A stretch of DNA of 64,000 bases from Amphiscolops sp. MND2022 (lineage: Eukaryota): positions 71,550,001 through 71,614,000 of the forward strand of contig OZ076409.1 of assembly GCA_964187785.1 (NCBI GenBank). Direction: 5' to 3'. Positions within the stretch are counted from its first letter, which is position 1, and each line of letters opens with the position of its first letter. A program made the position numbers and the translations under genes. Of the stretch, positions 39,645-52,835 are shown one piece after another. The notes beneath the pieces are model-generated. The model searched no databases, was not told the DNA's origin, and saw only the letters and a list, made by a program, of their open reading frames with translations.

Positions 39645-42600
39645 GTGGGGGGATATATCTCCACTTTTTTTGCGACCGCGGGTAGGGTCCTGTCGGGAGC
39701 TTCTATTTACCAAGCTTACGGCGCTATATACTAGAGAAAATTTTTCCGGCACCGAACTTTTTTTTGAACCATAGGATTTGTACCATTTTTTGCATGCGGC
39801 CCTAATTTGGGCATACAAGACGAAGTTCCTGCTGACGTTAAGCGATGGTTTCATTGTGTAACGAGATATAGCCACTTTTTGGTGCGAATTTTGAGGTATT
39901 TTTGAGAAAAATTTTACAAACAGCTCGAATGCAAAAAATTGAAAAACTTGTGACAATCGACCTATCACTGGTTTAAACCTTCGATTCTTTGCCCTAGCAA
40001 TGCACTAGACCCAAAAGATCTAAAACTTTTACATTATCCAAAAATTTGACCAAATTGACTCGGGTTTCACTACTATATGTAACCAATGTGACAAAAACAC
40101 CTCACAAAAAAATTTTTATTTGCTTAAATTTAGAAATTGTGGTATCCATGGTTTCTGTCGGAACCTACTCGCAGCCAAACACTCAACAGTTTGCATCCAA
40201 TGTGAATATAAAATTTTTTTCGAGGTCATAGGTGTTTCACAAGGATTTCACAACTTAGTTTCAATTTACAAATTGGTCATTTTCAACATCATATTTCCAT
40301 CGAGGCATGTTGGATAGAGTCTTATTGCTCACGAACGGTCCTACTGGCAACGTATTAACCATTTATAGAATTACAAAGTTATAAAAAAAATTTTTCACCC
40401 GTTCTTCAGTCATTTTTCAGACATTCGGAACTTATCTTAGAAAAATTTTGTCTCAAAAACCCATTTTTCGTCAGGTCGAAAATTGAAATTCACCTTTTTA
40501 TGCAAAATTCTTAACTCTGACGTAACCAGTGGGGCCCATGATACGCAAAAACACGATTGGGACTGGTATCAGTGGCTCCAATAACATATGATCCGCGATA
40601 AGACGTTATACAGAGCCAAACCTCTAAATCGAAGTAAACATCTCGCAAGCCTGGGATCACAGTGAAATGTGATTTCATCAAACATTTACCCATTTTCGTC
40701 AATTACTATGTGCACAGAGTGAGTAGAGTGAGTTTCAACACTATAATGAGGTTTTTGAAGGATTCGGGTTGCTCAAGGGGTGGTATGAGACATTTTTTTC
40801 CCATATACTACTGTATTTTCCAAAAATTTTAGCCCATTATCTGGAAGAACTAACTTGACAAAATACTTTCAGTGACTCTATTCCAAGCTTAGAATATAGA
40901 TGAACACTGTGGTTGATCAGAAACTATTAACTATTTTGTTTTCAGAAAAAAAACTGCATTGCATGTGTTACATTAGTGTCAGGAAAAATACCAGTAGCTC
41001 CAAAAATCACAAATTTGGACGGACAGACTTGCAATGATGCAAAACAAAAACGTTTCAACAACTTCTGACGCCATTTTTTTACCTAAGAGGTTCGAAAACA
41101 CCATTAAAAATGCTGACATTCGCAATAAATAAGATCGATGTCTTTTTACTAATATTTAGGTTTTAATTTTTTTTCTTGGAAACCCATTTTTGTCAGGTCG
41201 CAATTTCAAATTTGGTTTGGGAAGCAATACTTTTCACTCTGAAGCAAACCGTTGGGCCCAAAATACTCAAAAACAACAAAAAGACTATCACCATATGCTC
41301 TAATAACATATGAGATGCGACTGTATGTTTTTAACACAATAACTCTCTTTCTGAAGTAAACATGTTGAAAGCCTTGAATCACCGTGAGAAGTGATTTCAT
41401 CAAAAAATATTTCTTTTTCGTCAATCACTAAATACACAGAACCCGTTGTGTTAGTTTCAGCCGTGAAATGAGGTTCTACCGTAATATCGGTTGCTCAAGG
41501 TGTTGTATAAGGCAAAAACTACCTCTTTTCTACTAACTTCTTCAAATATTTCAACCCTTTGTCACACGAAGTTAATATTTAAAATCTCTTTGAAATGTTT
41601 CTTAAGGTTGCGGTGAAGTGTTAGAACAATAACTATGATCGAAGAATGCTAGTATTTGTAATTGGACCATGTCCGGATGAACAAATAGCAAAATCATTAA
41701 AAATTGTTTTCTTTTTTGGTTATTTTGGTAGTGCTAAAAATATTAGCCGATAAATAATTTTTTCAATGGCACCATTGGATTCCGCTTAAAAAGTTGGTTA
41801 TAGGACATGTGTAATAGCCCCGTATCTTTTCAATTTAAATGAATTTAAAAAGCCAACTTTTTTGACGAAAATCCTAAAAATCATACCATTTCCTAAAAAA
41901 TTTCTAATGCACCCCACTTGACGTATAAGAATAGCACAGAAAACTATCATATACCGATCAACTCTAATCCCATTGTAGAATATTAGAAATTTGTTTTGAT
42001 TGAATTTTGATGGATATTAAAAAAATTTGAACCCTCCAAAAATGGACCAAAATTACACGAAAAAATTGACCTTAAAATTTTAAAATGTCAAAAAATCATC
42101 AAAACCACAGCTTCTTGGGGTTCTATCAACTCCACGTGGTCCACAGAGTACGCTAAAACAAGTTTTACCCGTTTTTGAGCAATATGTGAAAAAGCCGACA
42201 TTTTTGGGAAAGAAAAACATACCAATTCCTAAAATATTTCAAATGCACGCCATTTGCCGTATGAGAATAGCACAGAAAACTATCACATACCGATCAACTC
42301 TACTTTCTTTGTAAATGATTAGAAATTAGTTCAAAACAAAATTTGACGGATAATTAAAAAATATAAATCCTCCAAAAATGGGCCAAAATTACACGAAAAA
42401 GTTGTCCTTAAAATTTTAAAATGTCAAAAAATCATCAAAACCACAGCTTCTTGGGGTTCTATCAACTCCACATGGTCCACAGAGTACGCTAAAACAGGAT
42501 TTACCCGTTTTTGATCAATATGTGGAAAAGCCGACATTTTTGGGAAAGAAAAACATAACATTTCCTAAAAAAATTCAAATGCACGCCATTTGGCGTATAA

Positions 42601-44408
42601 GAATAGCACAGAAAAATATCATATACCGATCAACTCTACTCCCATTGTAGATTATTAGAACTTTGTTTTGAATGAATTTTGATGGATATTAAAAAATTTT
42701 GAACCCTCCGAAAATGGGCTAAAATTACACGAAAAAAATGACCCTAAATTTTTAAAATGTCAAAAAATCATCAAAACCACAGCTTCTTGGGGTTCTATCA
42801 ACTCCACATGACCCACAGAGTATGCCAAACCAGGTTTTGCGCGTTTTTGAGCAATATTTAGGAAAGCCGATTTTTTTGAGGAAGAAAAACAGCATTTCCT
42901 AAAAAAACTTCAAATGCACGCCATTTGGCGTATAACAATAGCACAGAAAACTATCACATACCAATCAACTCTACTCTTTTTGTAGATTACCAGAAGTTTG
43001 CTTAGAATAAAATTTTTTGAACATTTATAAATTTTAAACCCTCCTAATATGGGCCAAAATCACACGGAAAAATTGACCCTAAGATATTAAAATGTCAGAA
43101 ATTCATCAAAAACCCAGCTTCTTGGGGTTCTATCATTTTCATATGACTTTCAGAGTATTCCAAACAAGTTATTAACATTGGGCGATAATTAAAAACACCA
43201 ATTTTATTCTACAAGAAAACCAAAATATGTTCAATATAAGAAGTGAATCATTCCACATATATACCCTGTCTAATATTTTGAATTCGCGATAAAATATATA
43301 CTTGATGTTTTTTGAATGTGAGCTTCATAAGAGGTTGAGATGTGATGATGCGTAAATGGATTCCAAAATTCATCGAAATGTCAATGGAATACGTCCAATC
43401 AACTTCAATGTTAACAATTAGATAACTAAAACCACTTAAGTACATTCCATCTCCCCATCGGGGAGATGAGAATGTACTTTTCAAAAACCAAAAACTTAGA
43501 TCTTTCTATCTTTTGTAACACTTACTGTAACTGCTGAAATGGTGAAAGAATAATTATGCTTCTAATAACTCCATGATTTTTTGCTTCAGATTTTATTTCT
43601 GCAGAACAAAACCATAAAACATATTTTTCGCAGTTAAGTTCAATTGTATTACCCAGTGAACAAAGGTATGACAGGACGTTTACATAAGTTGTTTCAAAAT
43701 TATCAAGGCCTTCCAAAATCATGAAACGTCTACACAACCAAGATAGCAAATGAATGAATGCGGATTGCATCTTGTTAGATAAGATAAATAACGCGTAGAA
43801 CTTACCTTTATCTGAAGATGAGGTTGATTTATGATCTTTAGAGGATAGTTCAGTTTTTGACCATAATAGTGTGAAACTAACAATTAGATGAATAATGGCG
43901 TGGAAAGCGTTCAGAAATTGCAGTATTTTGGATTCTAGCATGTATGCGTGGGTTCCATTGATGGCGTTAGCTTAGTGTACATGTTGGAAGTTTTCGATCT
44001 ATTATGATGAAAATTACTCACAAGTCTTTGTTTTTCCTATTTTTTATGCCATTAAATACATTCATTCTATCCCCTTCTCTGGGAATGTATGTTTGCCAAA
44101 TGACTGTCAACCAAATTTTGCAATCCCGAAGAGTTTAAACACATAAACACGTCTTTAGCGTTTCCAAATCACAACCGATTAACATTTTTTAAAATTTTTT
44201 ATGAAAATTAGTAATTTGTTTTGATTTTGGTATCTTCTACTTTTATCATCCATCATAACAAGCACCTTACCATGTCTCTCGCTTGTCTTCATTTTACAAC
44301 GCCACATAGCGTTCCGACTCCCACCGTCTGTGGGCATGCCGAGGCATGCCCTTCGACGACGTATGCCAACTACTTTTTATATCTACACCCGATTGCGGTA
44401 GCGGCTAG
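39645..44408 (+). mobile_element. Non-autonomous unit, family A' (4764 bp)
   Basis: Colinear with 3541-8312 end to end. Confidence 0.85.
41882..43230 (+). repeat. Internal tandem repeat, about 4 x ~336 bp, within the second A' copy
   Basis: Same repeat unit as 5781-7130; boundaries approximate. Confidence 0.8.
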
Positions 44409-47400
44409 GTGGGCGGGGAAATTTCACCCCGTTTGTATTCGGCCGACGGGTAGGGTCCTGGCGGCCGACGATCCGCCTTAAGCTAGCGGTATGTAGCAGA
44501 AATTGCAAAAAAAAAACCTAAAATTTAATCTAACCATTAGAATTTGCTCAAAATTTGCATGCGGCCCTCAAATCCTATTGCAAGACGAAGTTCCTGCTGA
44601 CGCTAAGCGTTCTAAAAACTTTATAAAAAGTTATGGCCAATTTTTTGTTCAAAATTTCAACATTTTTGGGAAATTTCTAATTTTTCACTTAATATCTCAA
44701 AATGTGTTAATTTTTGGACTTTGACTGTGAAACAAGCTTGGAACCTTCATTTCGTGGCTGTGGCATTGCACTGAATACAAAAGATGTAAAGTTTTTACAT
44801 TTTTTGAAAATTCGAGATTTTTGAAATTTTTTTTACTACTATCAGTACCCCATATGTCAAAAACACATCAGAAAAAAATTTTTTTTTGCTTTAAACTGAA
44901 AACCTTGGTATCCATGGTTTCTGTCGGAACCTACTCGCTGCCAAACACCCAACAGTTTGCATCCAGTGTGAATTAAAAATTTTTTTCGAGGTCTTAGGTG
45001 TTTCACAAGGATTTCTCAACTTGGTTTTAAATAACAAATTAGTCATTTTGAACACAATATTTTCATCGAGGCTTGTCGGCTATAGTCTTAATGTTATAGA
45101 ACGGTCCCACTGGCAACGTAGGAACCATTTATAGTAATAAAAAGTTTTAAAAAAATATTTTCACCCGGTCTTCAGTCATTTTTCAGTCATTCGGAACTTA
45201 ACTTAGAAAAATTTCGACACAAAAACCCATTTTGTGTCAGGTCGAAAATTCAAATTCAACTATTGAAGTGAAATTATTTACTCTGACGTAACCAGTGGGG
45301 CCCATAATACTCAAAAACACAAGTGGGACTGGTATCAGTGGCTTCAATAACATATGAGTCGCGATAAGACGTTATTCAGAGCAAAACCTCTAAATCGGAG
45401 TAAACATGTCGGAAGCCTGGGATCACAGTGAAATGTGAGATCACCAAAAGTTTACACATTTTTGTCAATTACTATGTACACAGAGTGCATAGGATGAGTT
45501 TCAGCACTATAATGAGGTTTTTGAAGTAATCGGCCTGCTCAAGGGGGTGTATGAGACATTTTTTTCCCATATAGTACTGCATTTCCTAAATTTTTAGCCC
45601 ATTATCTCAAAAACCTACCTTCGCAAATTGCTTCCAATTACTTTATTCTAAGGTTAGAATATGGATGAACACTGTGGTTGATCAGAACCTCTCAGTTTTT
45701 TTGTTTTCCGAAATAATACCTTCGCATGGGTTACATTTATGGCAGAAGAAAAAGCAGAATCTAAAAAATACGCTATTTTGCTAAGATAGAAACGCGATGA
45801 TTGTGCCTAAATACTCTTTAAATACTTCTAACGCAAACTTATGGATCCAATATGATTGGAAATACCGTTCACAGTCCTCACATGTTTTCTTTCTACAATC
45901 CAGACTGCATAATTTTTGAAAATTTTACATGTAGCTTTACACTGAATCTTGTGATAGCCTTTCAAGTTGGCCTTGTGTCAACTTGGGAAGGCTATCACCA
46001 CAAAAAACTATAAACAAAACTACCATGTGTTTATTGGATTTTGCTGTCGATGCCTATTTTCGTAATTTGATCCTATCGTTAGATCCTTTCATCAGGTCAG
46101 CTAACGATTGCTTTCAGTGTTTGATAAGAACCTATGAACTTGAAGACAATTTTCTTTTTTTTCTTTACAAAAATTAAAAACAAATAATTAAAAAAACCTA
46201 ATTGAAACCACTAGGAAGTATACCTTCTATCTTTTCTACCGTTATCATCCCCAGCCATCCCCTACGTCCTTGCAATGTATGTCCTTATTACAACGCCGCG
46301 TCACATAGCGTTCCGACGCCCATAGTCTGTGGGCATGCCGAGGCATGCCCTTCGACGACGTATGGCAAAGGAGCCCTAACCCGCACTCTGGAGTGCGGTA
46401 GCAGCTAGGTGGGCGGGGGTAATTCCCCTTCAAAAAATTCGGCCGGCGGGTTGGGTCCTGCCGGACGTCAAATAGTGTGAAACATCCAGTAGGAAACGGC
46501 GACATAAATCAGCGATTTTAAAATTTAACCGTTAGAATTCGGACTTGGAGTGCATGCGGCCCCAAAATGCCCATACGAATCGAAGTTCCTGCTGACGTTA
46601 AGCGATAAAAACACTTTATAAAAAGTTATGGCCCATTTTACGTTCACTTAGAGAGGTAAAATGAGGAAATTTTTAACAAAGTTGCTGATAACTCAAAATA
46701 CATTAATTTTTGGACTTTGACTGTGAAACAAGCTTGGAACCTTCATTTCGTGGCTGTGGCATTGCACTGAACACAAAAGATGTAAAGTTTTCACATTTTT
46801 TGAAAATTCGACATTTTTGATTTTTTTTTCACTACTATCAGTACACTATATGTCAAAAACACCTCTGAAAAAATTTTTATTTGCTCAAATTTAGAAACCT
46901 CGGTATCCATGGTTTCCGTCAGTACCTACTCGCTGCAAAACGCTCAACAGTTTGCATCCAATGTGAAAATAAAATTTTTTTGGAGGTCTTAGGTGTTTCA
47001 CAAGGATTTCTCAACTTAGTATCAATTTACAAATTGGTCATTTTGAACACATTATTTCCATCGAAGCTTGTCGGCTATAGCCTTAATGTTCTAGAACGGT
47101 CTCACTGGCAACGTAGGAACCATTTATAGTAATAGAAAGTTTTAAAAAAAATTTTTCACCCGGTCTTCAGTCATTTTTCAGTCATTCGGAACTTAACTTA
47201 GAAAAATTTCGACCAAAATACCCATTTTTTGTCAGGTCGAAAAATCAAATTCAGCTTTTTAAGCAAAATTATTAACTCTGACGTAACCCATGGGGCCCAT
47301 GATACTCAAAACAACGATTGACACTGGTATCAGTGGCTCCAATAACATTTGAGTCGCGATAAGACGTTACTTTGAGCAATACGTCTCAATTGAGGTAAAG

Positions 47401-48391
47401 ATCTCGCAAGCCAGCGATCACTGTGAAATGTGATTTCATCAAAAATTTACTCATTTTTGTCAATCACTATGTGCACAGAATGCGTAGGGTGCGTTTCAGC
47501 ACTATAATGAGGTTTTTGAAGGTATCGAGTTGCTCAAGGGGTGGTATGAGACATTTTTGTCCCATATACTACTGTATTTTCCAAAATTTTTAGCCCAATA
47601 TCTGGAAATACAAACTTGACAAAATACTTTCAACTACTTTATTCAAAGGTTACATTATAGATGAACACTGTGGTTGATCAGAAACTTTCATCTCTTTCGT
47701 TTTCCGAAATATTTCCCTTCGCATGTGTTACATTTGTAGCAGAAAAAAAAATCGAAACTGAAAAATACGCTTTTTTGCTAATATAGAATCGCAATGATTG
47801 TGTCTAAAAACTCTTTAAACACTTCTAACGCAACCTTACGCACCCAAAATGATCAAAACTGCTATTCACAATGGTGACATGTGCTCTTTCAACGATCCTG
47901 ACTGAACAATTTTCGCAAATTATTCAAGTACCTGTTAACTGAATCTCGTGATAGCCTTTTCAGTTGGCCTTGTGTCAACTTGGGAAGGCTATCACATCAA
48001 AAAATTTTCAACAAAATTTTTTTTTGTTCATTGGAAATGACAGTCGATATATAATTTCGTGATTCTATACTACCGTTAGTACCTTCCATTAAGTCACCTG
48101 ACGATTGCATTCAGTCTTTGATAAATACCTATGAACTCGAATTCATATTTATTAATTTTGTGCTAAAAATAAACATCAAAATTATCCAAATTATTCAAAA
48201 TTGAGTCTTTACCGTTTTTATTTTTCTTTTTCTACTGTTATTAGGCCCATCAACTTCCTACAGCCACGCTCTCTGTCATTAGTACAACGCCACATAGTGT
48301 TGCGACGTGCACAGTCTGTGGGCATGCCGAGGCATGCCCTTCGACGACGTATGCCGAATACCGCGGGCCTACGCCCGCGCTCCCCGGCTAG
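44409..48391 (+). mobile_element. Two tandem family A units (44409-46408, 46409-48391)
   Basis: Colinear with 177-2160; the second has the same terminal segment as 177-2160. Confidence 0.85.
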
Positions 48392-51300
48392 GTGGTCAAG
48401 GGGGATGCCCATCAGAAAATATTGCGAGGCCGGGGAGGGTCCCGAGAGCCGAGCACATTCTATCAATTCCTACCTTCAGGATTGCGAAGTATTTTAACCG
48501 ATCTCGAAATTCACCCGTAGGATTTGTCTGAAACTTTGCATGTGGCTTTATCTCAAAAATTTAAGAATTTTTTTCTGCTGACGTTTTTCCAGGAAAATTC
48601 ATTTTGTAGGGTTTTTTTGGGTTTTTTTGGTTTTTTTCATCTTTTTTCATCTTTGATTAATCAATGACCGAATCAAAGGCCATTTTCACCATGAAGGAAA
48701 GCCCGTAGCGGCAAAGTGCACTTTTATGAAAATCATCAACGGTCAACGGTCTTTCGAACGGTCCGAAAAAATTTCCCCCCGGGGGAAACCAAAGTGCCGA
48801 AAAGTGCCAAAATTATTTTTTTGACTGAATCACTTTGATCAAATTGATGATTTGAGCAGCCGGAACGGTCCGCACGGTCTCGGACAATAAGGTCAAAAAT
48901 TGTCAGCATCCAATGGGGGTTCCAAAAATGTAATTCGTTCACCTGTAGGAGACATCAGAAAAAAGTTGATTTTTTGGGGTATATGTCATTATGAGTGATT
49001 GGATGAGAAATAATTGTATCACTTTCAGTTGGATATGATGCAGCACAGGAAGCAGCTGCAGCAAACTTGAAACTGATTATGGGGCTGGGGTTTACCCTCT
49101 GTATCGAGCAAAACAGCCCTAGGGCATAAGTTGTGCCAAAAAATGCCTCAAAGTGATGATTAGGTTATTGCAAATCGTTCAGCAAAATTTATTGTCACCG
49201 GTGTTCCGAGAGTTGCGCAGCATCTCGCAGGAACAACGGTGCTTGCTTAGAAAGCAAAAAACCACAAAATCCCTTGAGTTAAGTTGACGGCAGTCACCAT
49301 AGACATTCACTCGTCAGGGTGATGATATTTATCGTTCAATCCCAGAATAACTTACAAAAAATTGCTAGCCTCAATATTTCTTTTTCATACTCCATTAGCA
49401 AAGGTTGCGCTGTTAAGTTTAGGCCTTTTACTAGCAGTGCTCTAAATCGCTCCATCGCTAGGTGGTCAAGGGGGATGCCCATCAGAAAATATTGCGAGGC
49501 CGGGGAGGGTCCCGAGAGCCGAGCACATTATATCAATTCCTACCTTCAGGATTGCGAAGTATTTTAACCGATCTCGAAATTCACCCGTAGGATTTGTCTG
49601 AAACTTTGCGTGTAGCTTTATCTCAAAAATTTAAGAATTTTTTTCTGCTGACGTTTTTCCAGGAAAATTCATTTTGTAGGGTTTTTTTGCGTTTTTTTGG
49701 TTTTTTTCATCTTTTTTCATCTTTGATTAATCAATGACCGAATCAAAGGCCATTTTCACCATGAAGGAAAGCCCGTAGCGGCAAAGTGCACTTTTATGAA
49801 AATCATCAACGGTCAACGGTCTTTCGAACGGTCCGAAAAAATTTCTCCCCGGGGGAAACCAAAGTGCCGAAAAGTGCCAAAATTATTTTTTTGACTGAAT
49901 CACTTTGATCAAATTGATGATTTGAGCAGCCGGAACGGTCCGCACGGTCTCGGACAATAAGGTCAAAAATTGTCAGCATCCATTGGGGGTTCCAAAAATG
50001 TAATTCGTTCACCTGTAGGAGACTTCAGAAAGAAGTTGATTTTTTGGAGTTTTGGCATTATGAGTGATTGGATGAGAAATAATTGTATCACTTTCAGTTG
50101 GATATGATGCAGCACAGGAAGCAGCTGCAGCAAACTTGAAACTGAATATGGGGCTGGGGTTTACCCTCTGTATCAAGCAAAATAGCCCTAGGGCATAAGT
50201 TGTGCCAAAAAATGCCTCAAAGTGATGATTAAGTTATTGCAAACCGATTAGCAAAATTTCTTGTCACCGGTGTTCCGAGAGTTGCGCAGCATCTCGCAGG
50301 AACAACGGTGCTTGGTTAGAAAGCAAAAAACCACAAAATCCCCTGAGTTAAGTTGACGGCAGTCACCATAGACATTCACTCGTCAGGGTGATGATATTTA
50401 TCGTTCAATCCCAGAATAACTTACAAAAAATTGGTAGCCTCAATATTTCTTTTTCATACTCCATTAGCAAAGGTTCCGCTGTTCAGTTTAGGCCTTTTAC
50501 TAGCAGTGCTCTAAATCGCTCCATCGCTAGGTGGTCAAGGGGGATGCCCATCAGAAAATATTGCGAGGCCGGGGAGGGTCCCGAGAGCCGAGCACATTCT
50601 ATCAATTCCTACCTTCAGGATTGCGAAGTATTTTAACCGATCTCGAAATTCACCCGTAGGATTTGTCTGAAACTTTGCATGTGGCTTTATGACAAAAATT
50701 TAAGAACTTTTTTCTGCTGACGTTTTTCCAGGAAAATTCATTTTGTAGGGTTTTTTTGCGTTTTTTTGGTTTTTTTCATCTTTTTTCATCTTTGATTAAT
50801 CAATGACCGAATCAAAGGCCATTTTCACCATGAAGGAAAGCCCGTAGCGGCAAAGTGCACTCTTATGAAAATCATCAACGGTCAACGGTCTTTCGAACGG
50901 TCCAAAAAAATTTCCCCCCGGGGGCAATCAAAGTGCCGAAAAGTGCCAAATTTATTTTTTCGACTGAATCACTTTGATCAATTTGATGATTTGAGCAGCC
51001 GGAACGGTCCGCACGGTCTCGGACAATAAGGTCAAAAATTGTCAGCATCCAATGGGGGTTCCAAAAAAGTAATTTGTTCACCTTTAGGAGACATTTGAAA
51101 AAAGTTGATTTTTTGGAGTTTTGGCATTATGACTGATCGGATGATAAATCATTGCATCACGTTGAGTTGCAATTGATGCAGCACACGAAGCAGCTGCAGC
51201 GGACTTGAAACTGCTTAGGGGGTTGGGGTTTACTATCTGTAACAAGCAAAATATCCCTTGGGCAAAAGGTATGCCAAAAAGTGCCTCAAAGTGTTAATTA

Positions 51301-51600
51301 AGTAGTTGCAAATCGGCTAGCAAAATTCATTGTCACCGGTGTTCCGTGAGTTGCGCAGCATCTCGCGGGAACAACGGTGCTTGTTTCGAACGCAAAACCC
51401 AACATACCTCTTTGGTGACGTGACGGAGGTCACCATTGGCCTTTTTCGGCAGTGTGATGATATTTTTATTGTTGAGTTGTGAACAACATACACAAAAGAT
51501 TTAGCGTGGGATATTTGTTTGTGTCATACTTCAGTAACAAACTTTCAACCGTTTTGTTTAGGCCTCTACCTAGCAGTGCTCTAAATCGCTCCATCGCTAG
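48392..51600 (+). mobile_element. Three tandem family D units (~1070 bp; starts 48392, 49462, 50531)
   Basis: Start GTGGTCAAGGGGGATGCCC and end CTAGCAGTGCTCTAAATCGCTCCATCGCTAG; they lack the GGGCATGCC hairpin; the third copy diverges in its 3' half. Confidence 0.85.
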
Positions 51601-52298
51601 GTGGTCAGTGCTGTTGCGTTCATTTTTTTCCGGCCGTGGGGGAGGGCCCCTCTGAGGCCGGTCATTTTTCAGGTGACAGCTTTCTTATACAAAAAACCGG
51701 GAAAAAACCTCAGTGCTCAAATCCCAACCGTCAGAATGAGCTGAAATTTGGCATGTAGCTAGTGCATTGCAAATGATTAGGATGGGTTATAACGCTATGT
51801 TTGGCAAAATTGGTTTTGTTGCGTTTTTTTGTCATATAGGGCTAAAAATGGCCTTTTTTGCGTATTTTTTGCTTGACAAGCTAATAACTCGCGTTGGGTT
51901 GATACTAGCGATACGGGTGTGGGGTAGGGAATTGTAAGATTACCAAGTACCTTGCTGATCACGTTATTTGATTTCCGCCCACATCACCCCCCACGCCGGA
52001 AATGCCCAATTTGTCACTTCCGGTCGCAATTTTTGACTTTTTTGGATGGAGTCAAAACCCATTTCCGGTGTGAAGGAGTGGGTTGAGCGCTCTGACCACG
52101 ATATACTAAAAGTAGGTTTAGACAAAGTCCTTTCAAGAAAAAAGTAATGTGAGCCCGTAACTATCACCCCCTCACCGGAAATAGGGGTCACGCCTCCTTT
52201 TTCTGTGTTGCAAAAGTGACAAGTGCACATTTGTCCAACTCCGAAGCCCCGGAGCACCGTGGGACCCTTATACTTTCTAAACACCAATCCCACACGCT

Positions 52299-52349
52299 AC
52301 CGGAAGTGACCGGAAGTTTCACCGGAAATGACATCCTCGGACCGGAAAT
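52299..52349 (+). promoter_or_regulatory. Cluster of four ACCGGAA(G/A)T motifs (ETS-consensus-like or Rep iterons)
   Basis: ACCGGAAGT at 52299 and 52309, ACCGGAAAT at 52321 and 52341, about 0.5 kb upstream of the SGNH ATG; function is inferred. Confidence 0.35.
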
Positions 52350-52835
52350 GCTCAAAAAATGACTTTTTCAATAAAAAATAGACACTTTTGGTGCAATTTT
52401 TAGGCAAAAAGCATAATTCGTGATACGCTTGTTGCAGTTGAAAGGGCCATTGTTCAGCAAGAATGCATACAGCATTACGTAGCACATCAAGTAGTTGATA
52501 ATGTTTGTTATTAGATAGTTATTTGAATTGGTCGTTCTACTTCAAGCTGTATCTAATATGGTATTGTAATATGAATTTTCAATCGTTTACTTTTTCGCCT
52601 CTGCTTGTAAGACACGTCTGACGTGTATCTTACCTGCTTGCAAAAGTTTCTCCCAACGTACGCATTTTTGAAATTATGGTTTAATTTCGATAATTTTTGA
52701 CATGAAGGATTTTCTTTTTTGCAATGTTCCATTGTTGTCAACTAGTGAACACATTGTATTTTTCAGACCCTAATTTCATCAAGATTCCATTCATCAAGAT
52801 TTTCTCCTAATTTTGCATAACAAGATAATATAAAG

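Larger units (their letters stand above)
1..51600 (+). repeat. Head-to-tail array of non-autonomous Helitron-like elements; order: partial, A, E, A', A, C, Bx5, Cx8, Bx4, A', A, A, Dx3
   Basis: 29 CTAG|GTG junctions; CTAG ends at 176, 2160, 3540, 8312, 10301, 11585, 13558, 15534, 17505, 19476, 21449, 22735, 24023, 25314, 26602, 27884, 29172, 30464, 31755, 33729, 35699, 37674, 39644, 44408, 46408, 48391, 49461, 50530, 51600. No spacer DNA between units and no credible CDS. A subterminal hairpin followed by CTAG is the established Helitron 3'-end signature. Confidence 0.9.

Noticed and set aside
93..48352. CRISPR array (conserved ~36-bp palindromic repeat followed by variable sequence)
   Set aside because: Repeats are 1.3-4.8 kb apart, the intervening DNA is itself repeated, no cas genes are present and the context is eukaryotic
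36..51081. Many short ORFs in the ORF track (e.g. containing VVEGHASACP, RRRRACLGMP, MRRVGG...)
   Set aside because: They are translations of repeated non-coding DNA in several frames and on both strands, with copy-specific frameshifts and stops and no domain motifs
177..51600. rDNA, 5S, snRNA, spliced-leader or tRNA gene tandem array
   Set aside because: I recognise no such RNA sequence in any unit; an Rfam/tRNAscan search would be needed to exclude it formally
177..51600. TIR (MITE) or LTR elements
   Set aside because: No terminal inverted repeats, long terminal direct repeats or variable target-site duplications; ends are asymmetric hairpin/CTAG type
173..51603. Bacterial integron attC cassettes or tyrosine-recombinase att sites
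   Set aside because: No integrase in the window, cassettes carry no genes and no RYYYAAC/GTTRRRY attC pairs are evident; the analogy is only organisational
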